A stretch of 64,000 nt of DNA from Phallusia mammillata (taxonomy: Eukaryota). The position numbers were made by a program, and so were the translations under genes. Within the stretch, counting starts at the first letter, position 1; every line of letters starts with the position of its first letter. This document shows, piece after piece, positions 1-10,980 of this stretch. The DNA lies in contig OZ281495.1 of assembly GCA_965637545.1 (NCBI GenBank), positions 12,276,001-12,340,000 of the forward strand. The letters run 5' to 3'. A model generated the notes under the pieces. The model searched no databases, had not been told where the DNA came from, and saw nothing but the letters and a program-made list of their open reading frames with translations.

Positions 1-120
1 TGTTTGTTGATTGTTTTGTCCTCGTGCATTTTTTCAATGCTGTGGTACGTGTAGATATACCATTTGTAACCATCTTTTACTATTCACACTTTATTTATAT
101 ATAACTTGCCACCTACTTAC

Positions 121-1363
121 ATTGCACGTTAAGTTTTACAGCTCTGCTCTCTGATCGATGATGATCATGTGACCTTTGATGGCACGTCACTAGTCTGTTG
201 TTATCAAGTGGCGTAAGTATCAGTTGTACCCACACAAACTGAGCGAATAGTAAAACAAAACAAAACATTTCATATTGCACCATAACAAACATATCTTTTT
301 TTTCGGATAACTTGATCCGTATTTTACCTGTTTTCCAATGTATGATTTGTTTCCAAATACAACACTGATATTATCTACATTTGCATCAAACTGATCGCAG
401 AATAGCAGTACGCTGTCATTATGCTTGAACGTCTGTTCTTTGCCGGCATTGTTCAAATCCAACACTTTACCTGTGTCAGTTTACATACACTTCAGACAAA
501 ATAAAATCCGTTTGTAAAGCTTTCGATATTGTCGGCGATTTTTACCTTTGTAACATTTTGGTGTTGGACCTTCCCATTGAGCAAACTTGTTACAAGTTAC
601 AGTGGCTTGACGTCCTATGATAGTTGAATTTTCGATCAACACTGTGTTGTTGCATTGTAAAATTGCCTTGCGTCCATAAACCATGTCTTGTTCATTAAAT
701 GGTTTGGAAATGATATCATGTTTCAATTTTGGACAATCTATGGACGTTCAACTGATTTGTTATATCCTCTACTATAGTCTATAGCCTATGTTACCAAAAA
801 ATCCATATTATCAATAAAAAAAGATTAACTCAGAAATATAGAAATATAGAGTTAACTTACATTTTATTGAGATTTTCGGGGTGACATAATTCATTCTTCT
901 ACTACAACAGCAGAAAAAAATCCAGTCTTGCAACTGGATTGAACTTTCATTGAACAAGTTTGGTTTTAGTATAGTTATGCGAAAAATACTTCTGTTTGAA
1001 GATTTTCGTTCCTCTTCAATATTAATTAGTGATTGATTGAATACGCTGATGCGGTTGAACCAGCTGGCTATTTGATATGTTTTGTTTTTATACCAGTTAA
1101 AATTTAAGTAATGACTGCCGGGTCTGTACGTAAAGTCAATGTTAATTGTGATGTTTGAAACACCGACAGCCCATTGAAATGACTGATTGTTAAGTCCGTT
1201 CGTCGATGCAACCGACGCGTTCCAACATTCACCTAAAAGTAACACAGTAAATAGTACTTTCTATTTTTGTTGTTAAGTGTATCAACTCACCTCCATATGT
1301 GCCCGTGATCATTACAAAACATAACAAGCTGGTAAAATTCCACTGAATGAGACAAGAATACAT
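121..1363 (-). CDS. Ig-Sushi-Ig membrane receptor paralog 1 (5' part only; gene continues beyond the window start)
   Basis: Exons 1363-1291 (ATG, signal peptide MYSCLIQWNFTSLLCFVMITGTYG), 1232-861 (V-like domain), 737-546 (Sushi: CP..C..C..W..P.C), 470-328 and 238-121 (Ig with C..C). All junctions are GT-AG with consistent phases, and the exon layout matches paralogs 2 and 3. Confidence 0.88.
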
Positions 1364-2338
1364 TTTGCAAAGTAAAAGCTCTAAGTAGGCGAACGTTCGA
1401 CAGCTGTCTGATACATTTCTACACACAAAGTTTGGATTGCAACTAGCTCACACAAAAGGTTTCGTGTGAGTGTGTGGTGCGGTGTTTCGTGTGAACGCCT
1501 ACACATGATATGCACCTCCTGTTCTTACGCCTTAAATAACCGTTAGTCAAAGTAAGTTCTTGCTTTAAAGCGTTAGTATAAGTGACATCACAAACTTTTG
1601 ACAGTCATTTTTTGGTGTGTCAGAATTGGAAGATACCGTCAATTGAAGTAGTTGTAGTTGATACTGCAGGGTCATTCTGCTTGAAACAAACCAGCATTGA
1701 GTCACGTTTTGCACCCTACCCTTGTAACAGTCACATGCCACCAATCTGTGGGGCTTCAAAATCTTTATTGCTTAGGCCTAGATCATCTTGAGGTGAAATT
1801 GTGTCCAGACTATTGTGATATTAAGGGTAACAACAGGGCTCGGACACTGACTGTTTGTAATGTAAGCTAAACGATCAACTGCTACGATCCAAAAATAATT
1901 TTCGCAAAACATTTAAGCGAGATTAATACCTTCACGCCTTTTTTATGTTGCACTTTTTATTCCAAGAAATAACCCACTTGTTTTTTATTCAACGTTAAGG
2001 TGAATTTGACGCAGCGTTTCGCAAACGTCATAAATATCGAAGATGTCTAACATCATGCTCTGAATCTGAACAAGTGATGGCAATCCATGACATGACAAAT
2101 TTTTATTTACAAATATTCGACGAACAAACTATGTAGAGAATGAAAATACGAACGTTTTAGAGAGCATTTGTTGTCTACGTTCAATTGCAAGCTGGCATTT
2201 AATATTCATATGCCCAACGACCGTTTTAAACAAATACGAAGCTTGTCTAAATGTTGTTTGCAAAGCAGAAGAGGCAATGGACGTTGTTACCTTAAAATCA
2301 TACACTTTTTCAAGTTATTTTTATAATAAGCGTTTGAT

Positions 2339-5300
2339 TTATTTGTATTGGTTTGCCACCGGGAGTTCGTAGATTTCACTTTCCATTGGATACTTAGGCT
2401 TCATATCCATGTACCGACTTGTGTTGGCTGATCGCATTCCCATCCTTTGAGATGGACCTGGTCGATTCGGTCTACAAAATATGATAAATTATTACCAGTT
2501 TTTACTTTGTCATGATGTTAGGACATAGTCGTTAATGAAAGCACTTAAATTCGAACACATAATTTCAAATCACAACATATTCCTTCAAAACGCATTTTAA
2601 ACAGTTTTTTTCTCGAAAAAGGTTATACATAGCGAATTTCCAATTTAGTAAACAGTTTTGCTAAATTGGATATTTGAATAACGACTTTTATCCAACTACA
2701 ATTTATTTAAAACATTTTTTCGGTGAAAAAATACCTTCCTACTGTCGAAATTGAAACCTCCTTTTCATTTGGTGCAACACTGTAACGGGCGGTTGAACTC
2801 GATTTCTTATCTAAAACAGTCGATTTTATGCTAAATACATTTCTTTTCTAAATATATAAAATATAAGTGGCACAACTAGTTAACCGATATTGTCACTAAG
2901 AAATCTACAGTTTAAGTTATGTTTATACAAAACAAGTAGTTGACAGAAATCAAACCCGATTTGCATCATGTACAAGCAATTAAAATAGCAACAATATTTG
3001 CATACACAGTATGGTGCAGATAAGCATTTTCGATACCTTTATTTTGACTTCTATTTTTGGTCCAATCATTACCAATCTTGAAACTCAAAAGCAATGCTAC
3101 CACAATGGCACAGCATAACACTGCTATAAGTGCAGCCACGGTAGAAGATATGGAATCACTTTCAACAGCTGCATTTCGACTATCAGTACCAGTTTCATTG
3201 TTCGCAGTAACGATTAATTTGACCTCGTGAGTTTCTGGCGACTTAATCACAATTAGATATTGGCCCAAGTCCCTTTCGGTCACCTGCAATGGTTTTCAAG
3301 TTCAAGTATTCATGAACTTTAGTGTGATCATTCATGTATCAACTTACGTTTGTGAAGTGGAGAACAACTTTGTTTTCAGTATGATTGGTGACATAGTAGA
3401 TGTTGCCAACTTCTTTGCCTACGAGAGAAAATAATGTTGTTGCAGGAACGCAGTTGCAAAGTAAATATAAATCTACGCAACAGATCAGTTGCCGCCTACT
3501 TTAGCTTGACATGAACACGAACTGGTGGACTTCCATATTTAGCGCACTTCGGATATTACTGGGTTTGGTGTTTGCTTGTTATAGGTCTTGCACTAATTGC
3601 ACCATGGTCTATCTGGATCACGGTGTGATAATTTTGCCATAAACATACAAACCAGTCTGTCATTACCTTGTATGAATGCTGTAACTGCACTGTGGCCTGA
3701 TATTGTGGGATTGGATTTAAATTTGAACTCCACATATCCATCTTGATACAAAGTCACACTTGAACTTACAATCATGTTTGGTGGAATGAGAGGTGGAACT
3801 GCAAAGGTTAAAAAATAATTAAAATCACTCAGTAAATTATATCGAAGTTTTCCTGAGTCGCCGAAACATTTGCGAATTGCATGCGAACTCTGCCATAAAC
3901 AAACAGTTGAGTGTAAAATGTTTGCCCTAAAAAAATATTTGCCCCCCCCCAAAAAAAAACAGTTTGCGTGTAAAATGCGTTTAAAACTTTTTTGTAAATC
4001 CAGCTACAACTACACGAAAAATCGATGATGTGATAGGTTATTTCCTTTTTTATTTATGTAAAACATAGAAAAACTCACCCACAATTTTTTGATAATCACA
4101 TGTTGTAAGTAATCTGACTTCTACTTACATTGTACGTGAAGTTTCACAGCTCTGCTCTGTGATCGGTGTTGATCGTGTGAAGTTTGATGACACGTCACCA
4201 GTTTGTCGTGATCCACAGCGGTTAGGATCAGTCTAACCCACACAAACTAAACAAAGCAAAACCAGTCGAGTTGAAACAACAATACCCTATTTTCCGTTCA
4301 TTTTTATGGTATAATTTAATTTTGTACCTTATTTCTGATGTGAGTTCTGTTTCTAAACGAAATGCTGATATTATCCATCTTTGTATTAAACAGGTCGCAG
4401 AATAGCAACAAGCTGGTATTGTGCTTGAAAGTCTGTTCTTTGGCTGCATTATTCATATCCAACACTTTACCTGTACAAGCAACGTGTTTTAACAAAATTT
4501 GCCTTTTATAGCAAAATTTGTCTTGTGAACCCCTCCGCTTCGTATAAAAAATGTTTGCTTTTTACCTTGGTAGCATTCGGGTATTGGACCTTCCCATTGA
4601 GCAAACTTATTACAAACAACAGTGGTATATCGTCCTGTAATAGTTGAATTTTGAACGAACACTGTGTTGTTGCATTGTAAAATTGCCTTCCTTCCATAAA
4701 CGCGGTCTTCCTTTTCGAGCGGTTTAGTGAAATCCAGGTTTGTGACCTTCGGACAATCTGAAAATATTGATGTCAACCTAAAACTATGTTCACATACTTT
4801 GTGAATAACCTAGTTTTTCACCGCCTGAAAACACTTGACATGACATTTATACTTACATTGAATTGAAATGTTTGGTGTAGAATACGTTAAACAGCAGCAG
4901 TACTCGCTCCTGTCAAAAATTTGAATTGAACTCTCATTAAATAGGTTGGGTTTTAGTATGTTGATTCTAAAAGTGATTTTTGTCGTGTATAAGGCTGTGA
5001 CAGTGGCCAGGGATGTGTTGTATATATTAAGCTTTTCAGACTTTTCACCATAATACCAACGAGCCAGCCTGACAGTACTTCCATTTTTATCGTGGTTAAT
5101 ATACAACAGACTTCTCTTAAGGTAGCGAGAAGCGTAGTTTATATTAATAGTTATGTTTTCGACACCAACAGCCCATTGAAACGACTGATTATTGTGTCCG
5201 TCCGTTGATGCAATCGACGCATTCAAACAGTCATCTAAAAAATACAAAATAAATTTTCTTTTCCCTAATGCAGTTTACATAGGCAGATAATTTTGTTTAT

Positions 5301-5412
5301 AATTCAAACCTATTACCGAATTTATTGAACATGACTTACTACTGTAGGCTCTTGCAATCATCGCAAAACATAGTAAGTTTCCTACAATCCAATCCGTTTG
5401 GATCAAACACAT
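2339..5412 (-). CDS. Type-I membrane receptor paralog 2, 520 aa: SP - atypical V-like Ig - Sushi - Ig - Cys-less Ig - TM - Tyr-motif tail
   Basis: Exons 5412-5340, 5234-4857, 4757-4566, 4470-4328, 4246-4129, 3798-3667, 3418-3348, 3283-3037, 2810-2735, 2471-2339 total 1563 nt, with an open frame from ATG to TAA. TM is STVAALIAVLCCAIVVALLLSF. Tail ends ...SRYMDMKPKYPMESEIYELPVANQYK*. Confidence 0.9.
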
Positions 5413-7298
5413 TTTGCTAATTCTCTGAAAGCCTTTACTTCTTGCAAACAAAACGGTTTAAATGGTACAAGGCATGTCATGCAAGGCTTGATCCACCCAC
5501 GTAAATTTGATTTCGCGTGGTTCACGTTGCCTTCTTAAGATGGTATAGCCCACATCTATTGCCTACCATTTGCACAAACAACCCAGTCAACTACAAACTC
5601 TCCCAATATTTTTGGCTGTGTGACCGAAGTCACTATGTGTTTAAACATAATGGTTTTTAGTGCCAACAGCAAATGCGATAACCCACGGAATATTACAATA
5701 TAATGCATGCATTTTACTTTTATAAACCATACCCAGAAAAAGTTTTGCTGTTTGACAACATTAGACTACAACAATGGTATCATTTTACTTTGTTCTTTCT
5801 AGCTCGATTTCAGCAATAGTAAACCACTATCCGTAATAACAAAAACAAATGTTCTTACTTATTTCTTCTTTTTAAAATAACTTTTACAAAAAATTTGCAA
5901 TATTTTGATTTCAATGCTGACAAAATTGACTCAAAATTTTCAGATTTCTCAGTCTTATATTGCTCCAAGCCTCCAACAAACTTGCAGCCAAATGTTAAAA
6001 ACGAAAGAAACAAAGTAAAGCTAGTTTTATCACATTTTTTTGCTATTCGCGTGAAATTGTATAATGTCATGTTAGTGTGTGTCTAAATGTTTTGACTTTG
6101 TGGCATAAACTTTCTCAGTCCATCCGACCTGAAAAAATTAGCCAATTGAAAAGCAAGATTGTATTGGTGTGTACCGACTTTAATATCTGGACAGAGGTGT
6201 AAACTATGAATATTATCTACCTGACGTTAAACATTTGGAAAGGTTCATTATTGTCAATAGCTAATGCTGTGTTGCTTAAATAATGTTTAATAAAGATCTA
6301 TTTACTCAACATTTAAGTGGTTTAATGAAAATTGCTTTGTGTCTTTCAGCGTATAAGTTTAATTGATTGTTTGATGTCGTTGCTGGTACAATTGGCCACA
6401 CACAAAAAAATATCACCACAAAACATCATACTTAACCAATCGGCTGTATGAAAATAAAGTGCTCGTGTATGTCATAAAATGTAGTTTTAAACCCCGGGGC
6501 TAATGTGGTTTTGTAGAATCCGTGAAACTCAGAAAGAAGCCATAACTGTTTTGGGGTCCCTCAATGGTGGGAATCCCTGGTTGTGCCCTATGCAGCAAAT
6601 AAAAGAAACGTGACAGCTATTTTTTTTACTTTTTGTATTTGAATTTTTGCACCTGTACACAAATCGATAAACATTTGTGTACAAAGTGCAAAATTATGTG
6701 CACACAATTTTCCAAATTAATTACATTTTCATTAATTACAGTGCCCAATTTGTCACACACATTGATTACAGTGCCCAATTTGAACTTAACGCACTAAATC
6801 GTCAGTACCCTCTTGTGTGGCTAACGTCCCCAAGTAGCGCTGATGCCCACGTTGTATACGTATTTTACTTACGTAACATGCTTGTACAGGTGTTTCTGTT
6901 TATCTTGTATATCACAGGTTTAAGTGGTTTTGGCGTTAAACTTGAAACTATGTAAACAAACATATTTTCTTGTGAGGCTGCGTATAGTTTGTTTCGTCTA
7001 ACTGGCATCATAGCAAATTGTTCCCGTCCGCGTACATTAAAAAAAATAATCTTGAGACAGGATGAATTAACAAAAAGGGGCCGTTACCAGAAAATAGTTA
7101 AAAACTACATCCTAAACGTTATTCTGGCTACAAACAAAACGATAAAAGTTAAATAATATAAAATTTTATTTGCAAACATTCGGCTAACAACCCATGCAAA
7201 AAAATAAACAAGTTACACACGTTAAATAAAAAGAAGCTTTGTGCAAGATTGATATTGATACCGCAAACAGATTCAGGCGAGTATAACGCCCGTTTCAT

Positions 7299-9985
7299 CT
7301 ATTTGTATTTGTTTGCCTCTGGGAGTTCGTAGATTTCGCTTTCAGCTTGGGGATTCGGCGTAACATTTATGTACCGACTTGGGTTGACTGGCTGCACCGC
7401 CGGCCTTTGGGAAGGTCCTGATTGATTAGGTCTATAAATATGGTGAAATTGGACAAATTTTTAAACTTAAATTGTACATCACGGTATAGCGATGCGTAAA
7501 ATAAAAAAGGATAAATTTGGGGTTAAGGCTTATGCAATGGTTGAAGTGAAACCATAAACCCCTACAGTTTCGGTCCATCTGCCTATCACAGTTTACCTTC
7601 TTCCTGTGGAGTGAGAAACTGCTGTATTTTCTTTCGGCGAAACAGAGTAACGGACAGTTGAGCTCTCGTGATTTTCTAAAACAACAAAAAATTAACTTTT
7701 ATCACGAAATCTAACAAAATTACAACAGCAATGTGACCCAAATCAAACCCGTTTTATTTTAACTTAAGCCCGTATCCGAACCGGACCTACAGAGCCCAGT
7801 CCGACTTTCAACTCTGGTCTTAGGTACAAGAAAGTGACAAATGTTACTTCACATTTAGTGCAATAAACGATATTTCTTACTTTTGTCTTTGCTTCTTTGC
7901 CTGATCCAATCTTTTCCAATCTTGACACCGAAAACTAAGACAACTACAGTAACACAGCATAAGACTGCAGTTAATGCGGTGACGGTTGAAGATTCATAAG
8001 CTGCATTTTGACTATCGTTGCCAGATTCTTTGTTATCAGTAACGATAAACTTGACTTCGTGGGTGGTTGCGAAAATTTGTAGAGACTTTATCACGATTAG
8101 ATATTCGCCCAAGTCCAAATCAGTCACCTGCAATGAATTTCAACCTCGGTGTTCAAAACAGGTTTTAATAAGTTAAGTTATGTACAAGTTCAATAACTTA
8201 CTTTCGTAAAATGGAGAATTACTTTGTTTTCAGTTTGCATGGTGACGTAGTAAACATTACCAACTTCTTTGCCTACAAGAGGAAATAATGTTGTTACTGG
8301 AATGCGGTTACAGAGTGCAGTATAAGACAACAGGATGCAGCAATTGCCGCCTACAATTTGATATGTGTCTTGTTTTGATGCACTTTAATGATTAGTTTAC
8401 TCCGGATCTTGCAACGCTGTGCGCTTGTCATTATACCACCATTGTTAACTACATGTGGCAATTACCCTTGGACATAACATCAGTGTTATTACCTTGCTTA
8501 AAAGCTGTAACTGCACTGTAGCCCGATAACGTCGGGTTGGATTTGAACTTGAACTCAACATATCCAGGTTGATCCAAAGTCAAACTTGAACTTACAGTGG
8601 TGTTTGGTGGAATAAGAGGTGGGACTAGATTAAGTAACATATAAAAATAAAATTACGACCTTCCGCAGTTAGACAGGTTAGGGGACATCGACGGTCAGAT
8701 TATATGCCGAAACTAAAATCAATATAAAATAAGACAATTAAGGTAACCATGTTCATACGTTGTATTCATAATCAACCCTTCTAGCTTGCTACCTACTTAC
8801 ATTGTATATTGAGTTTAACAGCTCTGCTCTCTGATCTATGTTGATCATGTGACGTTTGATGACACGTCACTAGTTTGTTGTTATCCAACGCAGTAAGGAC
8901 CAGTTTTACCCAGACAAACTGAAACAAGAAAAAACAATGTATCGTTTGTCCCTCAATGAAGTTCTCTTATTCGTGTTGCTAAACTGACAATACAACTTTT
9001 TTACCTGATTTCCAAAGTACGTCTTGTTTCCAAACAAAATGCTAATATTATCCATGTTTGCATTAAACTGGTCACAGAATAGCAAAACGCTTGCATTATG
9101 TTTAAAAGTCTGTTCTTTTCCAGCATTGTTTATGTCCAGCATTTCATCTACACATCAAACGATGGTCAGATATTACAAATTTAACTTACGCACTGTTATT
9201 ATAAAAATATTGTTTACCGTTGTAACATTCTGGTATCGGTTCTTCCCATTGTGCGAATTTGTTACAAATGATATCAACTTGACGTCCCACGATAGTCGAA
9301 TTTTTAACAAACACTTTACTGCATTGAACAGTTAATTTGCGTCCATAAACTAGGTCTTGCTGTTGGACTTGCGTTGTTCTTTGTACATTTTTAAGTCTCG
9401 GACAATCTGGGGATGTATAAGATAAAGAATTGAGATCTTTAAATAAAGAAACTAATTTACTTTACTTACGTTTAATTAAAATGATCGGCGTTGTGAAACT
9501 TAGCTCTGATCTACACAACCAGGCAGTGTCATAAAGCTGAATTGAACTTCCATTAAATAATTGAGTCTTCAGAATAGCGATGCTGAGAATACTACTTTTT
9601 GATGAGCTATTGCTTGTTATTGTAACTAGTGATTGGTTGTAAACGCTTAGACTGCCACTATACCAATTTCCAAGTCTGTATGTTTCATTTTTATAGCTAT
9701 AAATCCTTAGGTATACATCATACAGATAGTCATATGTGACATTAATGTTGATTGTTACATTTGTAAAACCAACAGTCCATTGGAACGATTCATTTTTGTA
9801 TCCGTTAGTTGATGCGACCGATGCGTTCCAACATCCTCCTGTAATATTTTCGGGATTATTTCTTAGTTGTTACGTAATGCACTTGCTAACAAACTTTACA
9901 AAACCTACTTACCTGTACATACGCCTGCAAACAGCAACAAAAATACCAAAACTCGAAAAATGCACTGAAACGAAAATGTGCTCAT
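7299..9985 (-). CDS. Type-I membrane receptor paralog 3, 517 aa, same architecture
   Basis: Exons 9985-9913, 9838-9470, 9406-9218, 9147-9005, 8918-8801, 8624-8493, 8272-8202, 8127-7881, 7675-7597, 7431-7299 total 1554 nt, with an open frame from ATG to TAG. Tail ends ...PSRYINVTPNPQAESEIYELPEANKYK*. Confidence 0.9.
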
Positions 9986-10489
9986 TTTGTGGCCTTCTAG
10001 TCTAACATACTAATGTTTCGGCTGTATCAACGTTCAGTTGACTGGTGTATAAAATAGGCATGTAAAACAAGGTATACAAGCAGCCCACACAGAACAGTTT
10101 CGTGCAGTCTATATGCGATCCGTATTTGGTGTGTTAACGCCTACGTGTTGCTGCACATTACACTCGGTAAGACAGGTCAAATGGAATTGTTGCAGATCAT
10201 TTTTAAACACGTGTAACGAATTGCGTTAGTTGTTCGCCTATTTTCAGTTTCTATGTGTTTCACAAGACGAAGTTCATATTGTTGAAAGAAGTCGATTATT
10301 GTACAGTATTAATGCATAATCACATTTATAAAATATGTATTAATCACTTTGGTTTCTATTATACACGTAAAAGTTTTAATTAGACTAAAATCCAACGAAA
10401 TAATTGTTGATCATGTCTATTCTGTATTAGGACAATATTAAAGTTCAACAAGTCAACTTTGTAGAGGTTTTCTGGCAAATGTATTTTAT

Positions 10490-10980
10490 TTTGACGTTTT
10501 GACGTCCTATGCAGGTCGCCTTCATCAGGGTGAATGACATTAAACGCGCGTAGTACAGTGCATGGTGAACAAAGGAAAAAAAGAATGGAACGCAAGCATG
10601 TCACTACGCAACGAAAACACTGCGCGATACAGAAATAAAAGCTCCCGGGCCACAACAGACCCCGCTTTAAAATCAATACGGTCGCCTTGTGATTGGAAAG
10701 GGCCGACTTCTTTGCGTCGCTGTCGGCAACATCCCGTTGATGTTCTTTTAGCAGGTGGTGAGTGACTTCGGCATAGGCATTGGCGTCCAACCTGCCAACA
10801 CTCTGCGCAAGCTACTGAGTCACCGGAAAGATCCCACCAATACCTTTAAACAACGACTTTTGTATTTCTGGTCCCTGCGCCGAATGTTCCTTAATAAATA
10901 TCGGGGAGACTGATAGGTATCGGAGAGACACTCAACACCCGCCGAAAAGAACATCAACGGGGATGTTGCCAACATTGCAT
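10490..10980. mobile_element. Degenerate Penelope-like retroelement fragment (GIY-YIG endonuclease region) with an internal inversion
   Basis: The plus strand 10750-10975 gives (with frameshifts) QPANTLRKLLSHRKDP, PCAECSLINIGETDR and LNTRRKEHQR/DVAN. The minus strand from 10749 leftwards continues KEHQRDVADSDAKKSALSNH...PDEGDL. These match the Penelope P.ntL...KD / C..C...YIGET.R / R..EH motifs. An inverted repeat of about 25 bp lies at 10725-10749 and 10945-10970. Confidence 0.75.

Noticed and set aside
3593-3666. Kringle-like string HRDPDRPWC in the ORF extension
   Set aside because: It lies in an intron after a good GT donor, is followed by a stop, and is absent from paralogs 3 and 4; probably chance.
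2339-9985. Calling the receptors RTKs, or orthologs of fester, selectins or CR1
   Set aside because: The tails are about 70 aa with no kinase domain. There is only one Sushi, flanked by Ig-like domains, with no lectin/EGF domain and only one TM, so no gene symbol is justified.
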